Shown: positions 26,191 to 37,562 of the stretch, one piece after another
How positions within the stretch are numbered: position 1 is the first letter of the stretch
Layout: each line of letters starts with the position of its first letter
DNA from: Octopus bimaculoides
Lineage: Eukaryota
Length of the DNA stretch: 42,916 bases
Assembly (NCBI RefSeq): GCF_001194135.2
Contig: NC_068996.1
Location: 40,440,321 to 40,483,236, forward strand
Reading direction: 5' to 3'
Translations under genes and position numbers: made by a program
Notes under the pieces: generated by a model
The model's input: only the letters and a program-made list of their open reading frames with translations
Database searches by the model: none
Told to the model about the DNA's origin: nothing

Positions 26191-26430
26191 TGAAAGAGAA
26201 GCAGAAGAACTACATTTTTATTATAATGTTTTTAATAGTAATGATAATGAATGAAGAGAAAACATTTATATTACACTATTACTGTTGTTTCTGAATGTGG
26301 CTCCAATGTTAATGTGATAGTCATCTCTATAAATGATCATATATATATATATATTTAACATTGGAATTTTGGTAATTGTTGTTCTCATAGAACTTACATA
26401 TATCCAAGAGAGAATACTAGAATCATTTTA

Positions 26431-26457
26431 CCACTGATTAGGAAAGATATCTAATGT
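26431..26457 (+). ncRNA. Degenerate hammerhead-like remnant at the inner boundary of the right pLTR arm
   Basis: CCA-CTGATTA-G-GAAA-GATATC-TA-ATG: the core has G8 changed to T, stem II is missing, and the palindromic stem III GATATC precedes TA. Same layout as the 27389 motif. Confidence 0.4.
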
Positions 26458-27388
26458 AGCTACTTGGCAAAGCAATTTGTGAAAAAGATCTCTTTTGAAT
26501 TATCTTAGCCAAACAAACAAGAAAAACGAAAATAAATCCTACAAAAGGATGAAAGATACTCAAAAATATATTTAAGTAGGCCCTGCTTTGTGATATAATT
26601 TATATCCTACAAAATGGCTTCCAGTTAAATATACAACGTACATACAAAACTCATTTATGATGTTTGGTTAAATTTACATAGAGAATAGATTGAACTTTAA
26701 ACAGTATCAAATTATGGTTTTATATTCTGACTTTATTTTCTTAATTTATGAATATTGCACTAATATTTAATGTAAGTTCATACAAAACATGGGATTACAC
26801 AGAATATGGGACTTGACTATACAAATGTAAAGGAATATACATTTTCATAGAACTTTGAACTTTGAACTCTTTTTTATTTTTCTTCCCTCTTTTCTTATTT
26901 CTTCCATCCTACTTCCTAAAATTGACATCTTGAGAGGTCACCAGCCCTTGTGAGAAAATGTGTTTATTTACAAATATGTTGATAAGTATACAATAGGAAG
27001 AAAAAAGAGAAAAAGGAAAAAGAAGGAAAGAAAAATGTTTTGTAATAAAATTTCAATGAATTGACCACATCAAATTGAAAAGAAACTTCTCTCTCTCTTT
27101 CTCTATCTCTCTGTCTCTGTCTCTCTCTATCTTCTCTATCTATCTATCTATCTATCTATCTACCTATCTATCTATTGTTTCCTCATTCTTTATAATTTTT
27201 TCTTCTTTTTCTTGATTGTCTTGAAGCCTCTCTCTCTCTGTCTGTCTTTGCTTTTCTTTCTCTTTCGCCCTTTTACCAAAAAAAAAAAAAAATAAAAAAC
27301 AATATTCTCCTCTTCTAAACAAATCAAAAAAGCATCCTATTCATATAAATGAACAATGAAACGTTCTGCTTTACCATTTTGATATTGG

Positions 27389-27435
27389 TTTTGTCTTGAC
27401 GAGTTCAATAAACAAACGAAAGCGCGCTAATAAAG
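27389..27435 (+). ncRNA. Minimal type I hammerhead-ribozyme-like motif at the PLE 3' end, overlapping AATAAA
   Basis: TTTTGT(27389-94) CTTGACGA(27395-402) GTT-caataaaca-AAC(27403-17) GAAA(27418-21) GCGCGC(27422-27) TA(27428-29) ATAAAG(27430-35). Stem I pairs 6/6 with two G-U. Palindromic stem III. The core has one extra U relative to CUGANGA. AATAAA is at 27429-27434. Confidence 0.7.
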
Positions 27436-28483
27436 GATTATCCAAAATTCTGACTGCCTCCTTTTTCTCAATATACAATATCTGTACACCACTTCAAACA
27501 CTCTATACATACATACATACATACATACATACATGTATGTTTGTATGTATTTATGTATCATCAACAGCAGCAACCACTTTTCAATGCATGCTTGAATAAC
27601 ACAAAAAAAAACTTTGCTGAGACAGATTTTTTTTTAGTAGCCAGATGTACTTTGGGAAGCATGGTGACTCTTTTAAAATAAAGGGAGGGCTATTTCTATT
27701 TCTTTTTGAGCATTACCCAGCTCTCTTGTCTTAGTACAAAAGCAATGATATGCTATCTAGTTATTAGCATATTTGGTTAGTAGCAAGCTGCCTCCATCTT
27801 TCCTTTATCTTCCTTAATGGAACTAAACATTCTTTGAAGGCCTAATGAAAATTTTATAAATCTTAGTGTCAAATGAATTGAAAGTTACTTTTCCTTTTTT
27901 GTGTCTATTACCTTATGGAATATATCTTGGAGTTAGCATTTAAATATATTTGCATAATATTTACCTATCTCTCTTGTGTATGTGTGTCTGTGCATCCATT
28001 TTTGCTAGCTGAGTAGACTGGAAGAACTTGAATTAAAGCATCTTGCTCAAGGAGGTAATGTTTTGTTAGGAATGAGCTGAACATCTTAACCACTAAGCCA
28101 CATACCTTTGTGGTACATAATATTGCCCTAGATACACAACACTGTTTGATAACAAACAGATAGTGTAGTGATAGCTTGAATTTTTTTGTACATAGGTCTT
28201 ACTTAATCAAGGTTGGTTCTAGGCGAAACAACGGCTGCTTAACTGAAATAAATTAAAGGCTGTACAGAATTACAACCGCCAAATCAGTCAAGGCCAGACA
28301 TTTCGAGGTGAGGGATAAGTTGATTGCCTCAACCACAGTAGTCAACTGGTATTTAATTTATCAACTCTGAAAGTATGAAAGCAAAGTCAGCCTTGACAGA
28401 ATTTGAACTCAGAACATAAAGATGGATGAAATACCACTTAGGATTTTGCCCATCATGTCAATGATTCTGCAAGCTTGCTACTT

Positions 28484-28620
28484 TTAAACCCTGTAGCATT
28501 TAAACTATACAATCACATTATCAAAATTTCAAAGCCATGAGATAATATATGATTGATTCAAGACAATGTGAATAAATAAGTAATACATTTGACAGTATAA
28601 TCTGAATGCTAAAGGATTAA
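28484..28620 (+). mobile_element. Short MITE with TTAA-CCCT...AAAG(G/A)-TTAA ends (piggyBac-like signature), internally deleted
   Basis: ttaaaccctgtagcattt ... aatgctaaaggattaa. Same family as the array at 39069-40216. Confidence 0.65.
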
Positions 28621-29698
28621 TAAGTTATGAATATTGGTTATAATTTACAGCTAGCTCAGTCAGTGAATCTGCTGATCAACAGTCAAGAATTACAGATTCA
28701 TTTCGTTTGACTGTAATTAAGTCACAGTTGTTCTTGTTTTTAATTGTTGCTTAACCATAAATCAGTCCGGATTGAACAGATTTATGAATCAAAGTAATTC
28801 CATCATTTATTTTTGTATACATAGGATTGCATTACCATACGAGGCCGTCTATTTTTTTATATATTTATTTAAGATGGCAGCTTGTAATTTGAAGGAAATT
28901 TGGCTATTATTTCTTCTAGGGCAAGTGGTCATGTATAGCTCCCCATGTATAATTGACATGAGTGTTCTCTTTTGTACTGAGGTGCAAGTGTGGCTGTGTG
29001 GTTAAAAAATTCACTTCCCAATCATATGGTTTTTGGTTCAGTCCTGCGTTGCACTTTGGGAAGCAGATATCCTCTACTATAGCCCTGTGCTGACCAAAGC
29101 CTCATGACTAGATTTGGTAGATTGAAATGTCTGTGCTTATGTATTCCTTGTCTTGACGTCACATGATAGTTGTAAACGAGCATCACTGTAATAGAAGCAG
29201 TGCCATTCCTTTCCAATATTCTGCAAAAACACGTCTGCCATGGGGGAAGTATTACCTTTTGCTTGGAGATTGGTGGTGGTAGGTGATAGGGAGGGCATCC
29301 AGCCATTGAACATATGCCTCAATAAACTCTGTTTGACCCCTACAAGTGTGGAAAAGTAGGCATTATGATGATGGCAGCAACGATGATGACATGGTGATGA
29401 TGGTGATGACGATGATGACGACAACACTGATGATGAGGGGGATGATAATGATGATGATGATGATGATGATGATGATAATGGCTGGGTTCAAGTAATCCAG
29501 TGAATGCTACAACTATGGGCAATAAGTAGAGGGGAAACTTTTCATTGGCTCCTGAAATTATCCAATAGGACACCAGACATTGTTTTATAGAATTTTGGTA
29601 TAATTACAGTATTTTTCTTTTTTTGTATTTGTGTGTGTTGCCTTTTCCTTTTCACAATGTAAAGTAAATAATTTTTTTCTCTTTTTTTCTCGTTACAG

Positions 29699-29724
29699 TA
29701 ATAGAGCAGGAGAAAAGTAATTAA
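29699..29724 (+). CDS. TMSB: Beta-thymosin coding exon 2: (I)IEQEKSN-stop
   Basis: Acceptor ttacag|TA ATA GAG CAG GAG AAA AGT AAT TAA encodes the conserved IEQEK C-terminal helix. Its phase matches the 18146 donor, completing a 41-aa peptide. Confidence 0.93.
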
Positions 29725-29981
29725 GATTCAAAATGGAGACCATGAAATGGTAACTTAACAGCATTACGTAGCCTTATTGGTTACGTTGCTGGTGGACATG
29801 GTTATCTCCGGGATCTCAAATGAGCTGTGGTTAATATCTTCACGCTAATATAATGTCTTAATTGGTGATAACATTAAATTCATCATGTAAGCCATCTGAA
29901 AAAAAAAAAACCCCGAAAATGGCTTAATTATTCCTTAATGTAATTTTTTTTTTCCTTTTCTTTTTTTTTTGCAGTTTTTTA

Positions 29982-30159
29982 AATAAAAAATAAAGAATGA
30001 AACATCTTGAATTTTCTTTCAATCTGTTTTCTTTTTTCCACTATATTTCTTTATTTTTTTATTCTTTCATTATTATTTACATTTTACTTTTTTTTTTTAA
30101 TTAATTTTTTTTTTCATAATTACATAATAATTTTGTTATCACCATGTTAAAGCAATAAA
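29982..30159 (+). terminator. Candidate polyadenylation signals for the thymosin 3'UTR (AATAAA at 29982-29987 and 30154-30159)
   Basis: Canonical hexamers 260-430 nt downstream of the stop codon. The context is AT-rich, so chance occurrence is possible. Confidence 0.4.
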
Positions 30160-30879
30160 ACTACATTCCGGATGGATAATTCTATCACTGATTTGGTTTT
30201 GGGCCTTTTCATTCTTCATTGCTATTGCTAAATTTCCTTACTAATTCTTTGTCTGTTCGAATCCACTCTCTTTCGATCATTCGGGTCCCTACTTTCCTTC
30301 TTCTAGGAGATTATAAAATAAAAAAAAATTAAAAATTGAAGTAGTGTTTTCCTACATTTTTTCTACTGCAGTCCCCCATTTTTCTTATAGAAATTTTCCT
30401 CTTGAAAGCTCTTTCTACTCAAAAGACACTCTTCTTCTTCCAATTCTACTTTTGTGTACCACCATGAGTCTGTAGACTCCCTGACTGAGGATTATTGGTT
30501 TAAAGTCTGTTCTGCTTCAACTAGCACATAGCATCAAAAACATCCCTAGTTGTGTTTGTTGCTCAGATGGTGATAGAAAGTTTGGGGTATTGCACCAGAG
30601 ATTCTTTCCAACAGGGAACCAGTTGGAACCAGTTTGCCAAACATGAAGTAAGTTACAATGTAGATGTGTATTTATGTACATAGGTTCAGGTGTGGATGTG
30701 TAGTAAGAAGTTTGCTTCCCAACAATATTGCTCCAAGTTCAGTCCCACTTGCATTGTACATTAGGCAAGTGTCTTCTATATCCCCAGGGTGACCAAAACC
30801 TTGTGAGTGGATTTGGTAGGCAGAAACCAAAATAAGCTCATTGTATATATGCACATATATATATATATATATATAGTGA

Positions 30880-31060
30880 GAATTTATGAAAAAAACAAAA
30901 GACAGAGACGAGTGTGTAAACAACAAACAGATGTATTAGTTTAACGCTTGGAAAGTAAGAAAGTCTTTTACGTTTCGAGCCTATGATCTTCAACAGAAAG
31001 GAATAAGAGAAAATAAACAGAGAGAGAAAATAAAACCGGTTTAGTGGCAAGCAATCTATC
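30880..31060 (-). repeat. Dispersed ~180-bp repeat with hammerhead-like motif (family 2) at 30965-31000
   Basis: Minus strand reads CTTT-CTGTTGAA-GATC ATAG GCTC-GAAA-CG-TA-AAAG. Stem I is CTTT/AAAG, stem II has one mismatch, and stem III is the minimal palindromic ACGT. The core deviates (A6 changed to U, extra A). Confidence 0.55.
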
Positions 31061-31506
31061 ATATATATATGTGTGTATGTATATATGCATCATCATCATC
31101 ATCATCATCGTTTAACGTCCGCTTTCCATGCTAGCATGGGTTGGATGATTTGACTGAGGACTGGTGCAACCGGATGGCTACACCAGGCTCCAATCTAATT
31201 TGGCAGAGTTTCTACAGCTGGATGCCCTTCCTATATATATATATATAGTTCAAATTATCTACAGATAACAAAAGATGTGGACAGGTGAAGGAACAAGCAG
31301 GTATATTAGTTTGATGCTCAATGCTCAGGAAGGATGGAAAAGTCTTTGACATTTTGAGCCTATATTTGTATATAAATAGATATATGCATATTTATATACA
31401 TGCACACACTTAAGTAAACGCATAAATGCAAAACAAAGTGGGAAGAAAAATAGTACTCAAATACCAAATGTAAAGTAATATGCTTTTATCAAAGCTGCAA
31501 ACTCTT

Positions 31507-31910
31507 CACAAACTGTTACTCAGAGTTTCACATTCCCGTCTGTCGGACAGTTGTGATGAATACTAAATTAAAATTGTGATAGTACATGTAATATAATATG
31601 ATATAATGCAACTCATCGAATAAGCATTTATATTTGATTGGGATATTCAGAGTTTCACATTTCCGTTCATTTGGACAATTGTGATGAATATTAAAATTAA
31701 AATTGTTATGGTACATGTAATATGATATGATATGATATAATATAATTTAACGAATAAGCATTTATATTTGATTGGGTTACTCAGAGTTTCACGTTCCCGT
31801 TCATTTGGAGAATTGTGATGAATACTAAATTAAAATTGTGATGGTACATGTAATATGATATGATATGATATAATATAATTCAATGAATAAGCATTTATAT
31901 TAGATTGGGT
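31507..31910 (-). repeat. Three-unit tandem array (periods 127 and 134 bp), each unit carrying a family-1 hammerhead-like motif
   Basis: On the + strand, ta(c/t)tcagagtttcac(a/g)tt(c/t)ccgt starts at 31517, 31644 and 31778. The copy at 31507-31555 reads on the minus strand CACAACTGT-CCGACAG-ACG GGAA TGT-GAAA-CTCTGAG-TA-ACAGTTTGTG. Confidence 0.85.
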
Positions 31911-32200
31911 GACCTGTTTTCAAAATATAATGGTGTGGTTTTTGCTACCAGTCAGGTGGTGGTGGGTATAAAAATTAACAGTAAAATATAAATCTATTAT
32001 AATAAAATTGGAAGAAAAAACTTTATATAAAATTTGGAAAATGTATATCCAGGAAATAATTAATAATTAAATTAAGTAAACAAGATTGTGAGTTTGGTGT
32101 TTGGAAGTTGAGATTATAATAAAAGACAAATAAAAAAGCAATAGACAAACAATTCCAAAGCAAGAATATATAATATTTATATATTTATATATATATATAT

Positions 32201-32590
32201 AGGCATAGGAGTGACTATAAGTAGCTTGCTTACCAACCACATGCTTCCGGGTTCAGTCCCACTGCGTGGTACCTTGAGCAAGTGTTTTCTACTATAGCCT
32301 CGGGCCGACCAAAGCCTTGTGAGTGGATTTGGTAGATGGAAACTGAAAGAAGCCCGTCGTATATATATATGTGTGTGTGTGTGTTTGTGTGTCTGTGCTT
32401 GTCCCCACCAACATCGCTTGACAACCGATGGTGGTGTGTTTACATCCCCATAACTTAGCGGTTCAGCAAAAGAGACTGATAGAATAAGTACTAGGCTTAC
32501 AAAGAATAAGTCCTGGGGTCGATTTCCTCGACTAAAGGTGTTGCTCCAGCATGGCTGCAGTCAAATGACTGAAACAAGTAAAAGAGTAAT
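32201..32590 (+). mobile_element. Composite tRNA-derived SINE, full length
   Basis: aggcataggagtgact...GGTTCAGTCCCactgcgtgg... collinear with the reverse complement of 18172-18561. Partial relatives at 28977-29150, 30680-30845(-), 32630-32870 and 33371-33530. Confidence 0.85.
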
Positions 32591-32999
32591 ACTAGATTTT
32601 ATTTTATTCACATTTTTAGCTGTATTAGTTGCTAATAGTGAGTTATAAATGTGTGCGTGTGTGCTTGTGTTTGTTCCTAATATTGCTTGACAATTGGTGT
32701 TGGTCTGGTTTGGTTTTTGTGACTTAGCAGTTGGCAAAAGAAACCAATGGGATAAATACCAAACTTAAAGAAAAAGACAGTACTGGGATTGATTTGCTTA
32801 ATTAAACTCTCTAAGGTGGTGCTCCAGCATGGCTGCAGTCCAAAGATTAAAACAACTAAAAGAGATGTACACATGTACATGATTTAGAGGTAGAAATAGG
32901 GTCTGTATATGAAAATCATTACAAACATTGAAATGTCTGAAATTTCAACTAATTTATAACTTCAAAAGCTTACCAATGCTTAATTCTTGATTTAGATGT

Positions 33000-33200
33000 C
33001 ATCATCATCATCATCGTTTAACGTCCGCTTTCCATGCTAGCATGGGTTGGACGATTTGACTGAGGACTGGCAAACCAGATGGCTACACCAGACTCCAATC
33101 TGATCTGGCAGAGTTTCTAAAGCTGGATGCTCTTCCTAACGCCAACCACTCCGAGAGTGTAGTGGGTGCTTTTGCGTGCCACCGGCACGAAGGCCAGTTA
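33000..33200 (-). mobile_element. RTE-type LINE/SINE 3'UTR fragment with (ATG)n tail
   Basis: (cat)n-cgtttaacgtccgctttccatgctagcatgggttgg..., a close match to 31090-31232. Confidence 0.7.
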
Positions 33201-33554
33201 CACAATGTATATCATCTAAATCAGATCGAGGAGGATAGAACATGATATCTTCAGTTGACATCCAATAAAGATTTGGCATTTATCCCCATAGTTACGATAG
33301 AATAAAGTAGATTTAAAATTCTTGTTCATAGGTGCAAGTCGAGCTATGTAGTAAAAAGTTTGCTCCCTATAGGTGTAGGAGTGGCTATGTGGTAAGTAGC
33401 TTGTTTACCAACCACATGGTTCCAGGTTCAGTCCCACTGCGTGGCACCTTGTGTAAGTGTCTTCTACTATAGCCTCGGACCGACCAAAGCCTTGTGAGTG
33501 GATTTGGTAGACAGAAACTGAAAGAAGTCTGTTATGTATATGTATATGTATATG

Positions 33555-33601
<47 letters not shown>

Positions 33602-34004
33602 GTGTGTGTGTGTGTGCACATGTGTATACATATATGCATATATGTNNNNNNNNNNNNNNNNNNNNNNNNNNNNNNNNNNNNNNNNNNNNNNNNNNNNNNN
33701 NNNNNNNNNNNNNNNNNNNNNNNNNNNNNNNNNNNNNNNNNNNNNNNNNNNNNNNNNNNNNNNNNNNNNNNNNNNNNNNNNNNNNNNNNNNNNNNNNNNN
33801 NNNNNNNNNNNNNNNNNNNNNNNNNNNNNNNNNNNNNNNNNNNNNNNNNNNNNNNNNNNNNNNNNNNNNNNNNNNNNNNNNNNNNNNNNNNNNNNNNNNN
33901 NNNNNNNNNNNNNNNNNNNNNNNNNNNNNNNNNNNNNNNNNNNNNNNNNNNNNNNNNNNNNNNNNNNNNNNNNNNNNNNNNNNNNNNNNNNNNNNNNNNN
34001 NNNN

Positions 34005-34035
<31 letters not shown>

Positions 34036-34934
34036 TGGTTTGGTGGTTTATCTGTTAGTGTGTATGTGTGTGTGACGTAGTGGAAGGAATTAGTAGCAGG
34101 AATAGTTAGTGGGTGCTTATGGACAATGGTGAGTGGAGGGTCAGCAGGCAGTTTTTGAGTATGTGTGTGTTTGTGTGGGGTTGTAGGTGTTGGGAACGTG
34201 TGCGTGTGTGTGTGTATTTTGTACGTGCACGTGTGTGTATGTGTATGTTTTTGTGCATGCGTGTGTGTTTGTGTGTATGTGTATGTTGTGTATATGTGTG
34301 TTGCTGTGTACGTGTGTGTGCGTGCATTTGCTAATGTATGTGCGTGTGTTGTTTATGCCCATGTGTGTGTGATTGTATGCGTGTCTGTGTGAGTGTGTTG
34401 TGTTGGTGNNNNNNNNNNNNNNNNNNNNNNNNNNNNNNNNNNNNNNNNNNNNNNNNNNNNNNNNNNNNNNNNNNNNNNNNNNNNNNNNNNNNNNNNNNNN
34501 NNNNNNNNNNNNNNNNNNNNNNNNNNNNNNNNNNNNNNNNNNNNNNNNNNNNNNNNNNNNNNNNNNNNNNNNNNNNNNNNNNNNNNNNNNNNNNNNNNNN
34601 NNNNNNNNNNNNNNNNNNNNNNNNNNNNNNNNNNNATGTCTGTGTATATTGTGTATGTTTTCGTGCGTGCATGTGTGTTGTGTATGTGAGTGAGTATTGT
34701 GTATGTGAGAGGTGTGTGTGTATGTGTATGTGTGTACGTGTATGTGTGTGTTTGTGTATATGAGAGGTGTGTGTGTATGTGTATGTGTGTGTTTATGTGT
34801 GTGTGCGTGCGTATGTGTGTGAGAGCGTAAGGATGTGTGCCAGGTATGTGTGTTATTTTGTGTGTGCACTCCTGTGTGTGTGTGTGTGTGCATGTGTATG
34901 CGGCTGTGTATGTACATGTATGTAGGCGTGCACA

Positions 34935-35806
34935 TATAGTGAAACCCAAAATAATGAAATGTCTTCTGTGGGACAAGCCCATTGTAGTTCAGACTTCTAC
35001 CACTCGAAGTCACTTGATGCAACCCTCAGGCATCAGTCTGCTGACTGGCGGTGTCCAGGGAGGTCATACTGTCACATGGTGTGTCTTTGTTTTGCAGTGC
35101 TTCTTCCTTGTTTGTCGATTTTTTTTTGCGATAGCTTAAATGAATGAACAGCATACTTCCGTGAAATTCTGTTTTCTCCTGAGGAAAACTGTGGCTGAAA
35201 CAGTTGTCATGCATCAAATGACTTACAAGGATGCTTCCATGATTAACACACCAGTTTATGAGTGGTTTTTACGTTTTAGGAATTGTTACTTGTCGCTTGA
35301 AGACCAACCTTGTTTAGGATAAGTGTTGACCTCCCAAACAAATAAAACCATCGTGAAATTTTATGAACTGATCTTGACAAGCTTGTTGATATGATTGGTG
35401 TGTCCTGGAACTCTTGCTAACATATTTTGAGTGAAGAATTGTGAATGAAAAGAGTTGCAGCAAAATTTGCACCTTGCTTGCTCAAGGAAAATCAAAAGCA
35501 GTTGCAACTGAATGCATGTCATGAACTGAAAGAACTGTCGGAAGTTGATCTGAACCTTTTTTGTGAAGGTTGGTGCTATGGAATTTGCAGATGTGGGAGA
35601 GCTGAAGAAAAGAATTATGGAAGCATTCAAAGGCTTCACATTGCTTGAGTTCCAAGACTGCTTTGAACAGTGGAAAGAAACATCTAGACTGATGCATAGC
35701 TTCAAATGGGGAATGCTTTGAAGGTGATAAAAGTGTTAACATGTAAAATGAAATGAATAAAGTATATTGGAAAATTCCAATTTCTTCTGGGTACCCCACC
35801 CCCCAT
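34935..35806 (+). mobile_element. Internally deleted mariner-family transposon relic
   Basis: 35140+ reads EQHTSVKFCFLLRKTVAETVVM..TYKDASM..VYEWFLRFRN..SLEDQPCLG (HTH region). Then MKRVAAKFAPCLL..QKQLQL..C, joined directly to FADVGELKKRIMEAFKG..EFQDCFEQW....A.N.E.FEGD (C-terminus). The DD34D core is missing. Degenerate TIR-like ends contain acccaaaataa and ttcttctgggtacccc. Confidence 0.8.
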
Positions 35807-36374
35807 ATGTGAATATGTATGTGTCAGCATGAATATATATATGTATATGTGGTTAATGAAAGACAAGGAAGATGGAAGATACAAGAATTTTTATTGATCA
35901 CTACAACTGTTTCGACCCATCTAGCATTGATCGTTCATGGATGGGGTACTTAACAGCTGGTTCAGGTGTATCCAATGGTGGAGATGTGTCTCTTTGGGTG
36001 AAAATTAGATATAACTTGTTAAAATAATGGCTGTTCCACAAGTTATCTTCTTGGTTCATGTAAAGAAAACAGAAAATAATAGGATATAGCTTCATTTATA
36101 TAGAAGATCGATAATGAAAAAATAACATGCAAAAAAGAAACAAATACACAATACAGTCAAAAAATGTATTTAATATAACCGTTAATGAATATGGATGTAT
36201 AAACGTCCTTGCGTAGGCTGTATGGCGCATGTATTCTCAGTGATACAATTTATTATCTTACATGTGTATATATATATTTATGGATATAGGGATATGTATG
36301 TACAGATGTATGTGAATATATATATGTATATAGTGATATGTATATATAGATGTACATATATATATATGTGTGTA

Positions 36375-36417
<43 letters not shown>

Positions 36418-36500
36418 ATGTATATATGATATATATATACAAACATATGTATGTGTGTGTATATATATATTATATGCATATATATATACACGTATATCTG

Positions 36501-36565
<65 letters not shown>

Positions 36566-36804
36566 NNNNNNNNNNNNNNNNNNNNNNNNNNNNNNNNNNN
36601 NNNNNNNNNNNNNNNNNNNNNNNNNNNNNNNNNNNNNNNNNNNNNNNNNNNNNNNNNNNNNNNNNNNNNNNNNNNNNNNNNNNNNNNNNNNNNNNNNNNN
36701 NNNNNNNNNNNNNNNNNNNNNNNNNNNNNNNNNNNNNNNNNNNNNNNNNNNNNNNNNNNNNNNNNNNNNNNNNNNNNNNNNNNNNNNNNNNNNNNNNNNN
36801 NNNN

Positions 36805-36838
<34 letters not shown>

Positions 36839-37562
36839 ATGTATCGATATGTATATGTGTGTCCATGTGTATGAGTCCTTGTGTATATATACATGTATAA
36901 AAGCTTAATCTAACTAATGGGTATTACACATAGCAGCACGCTCCAGCAAACGAAATCGTTTTTTGTACATTGTAAGTGCTAATTAAGAAAGGTTAAATCA
37001 GTGCGCACCTTGCACTGGATGCACAAGGCTTATGTAAATAGCCTTGTAGTCAGGTAGTCTTGTAGTAAACTATGTAATTAGTATTGACAGTGTGTATATA
37101 ACTAGCAAATGCATCTTGCCTAGGATCTGTCTGGCAGTTTTGAAAGGTATCTAGCAATTAACGATAGAATCCCAATTTTCTTCAGAGAAATTAAGTAACA
37201 CCAGAGGCTGTTTTCTATTCAAATGAATGAAGTAACGTAGTATGGTTCCAAAGTGGTGAATTGGTGGAATCGTTAAAGCGTGGTATAGAATAACTGTGTA
37301 TTATGATACTTTGGGTTCAAATTCCACTGTGGTCGACTCTGTCTTTCATTCTTTCAGGATCAAAAATATAAGTACCAGTTGAGTACTGGAGGGATCAATG
37401 TAATTGATTTACCCCTGTCCCTAAAATTCAGGCTTTGTACCTATAGCAGAAAGGATTATGATCTGGCCCTCTATACTCTGAGTTCAAATCCTGCCAAGGT
37501 CAACACTGCCCTTCATCCTTTTGAGGTGGAGAATTAATATATCAAGAAGTAAAGGTTGTGAA

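Larger units (their letters stand above)
22640..27471 (+). mobile_element. Penelope-like element (RT + GIY-YIG) with inverted pseudo-LTRs, ~4.8 kb, inside the thymosin intron
   Basis: The left arm 22640-23555 is the reverse complement of the right arm 26447-27471, with about 7 differences in the innermost 100 bp by hand. A degenerate RT-GIY-YIG ORF lies between them. No TSD is visible; flanks are (TA)-rich. Confidence 0.9.

Noticed and set aside
35885-35965. Minus-strand ...CTGTTAA..CCCATC..GATGGGTC-GAAA-CAGTTG-TA..AATAAA resembling a hammerhead
   Set aside because: The core is too degenerate and stem I does not pair. The segment is better explained as a simple imperfect hairpin (CAGCTGTT/AACAGTTG plus CCCATC/GATGGG). 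It may still be a PLE-type terminus.
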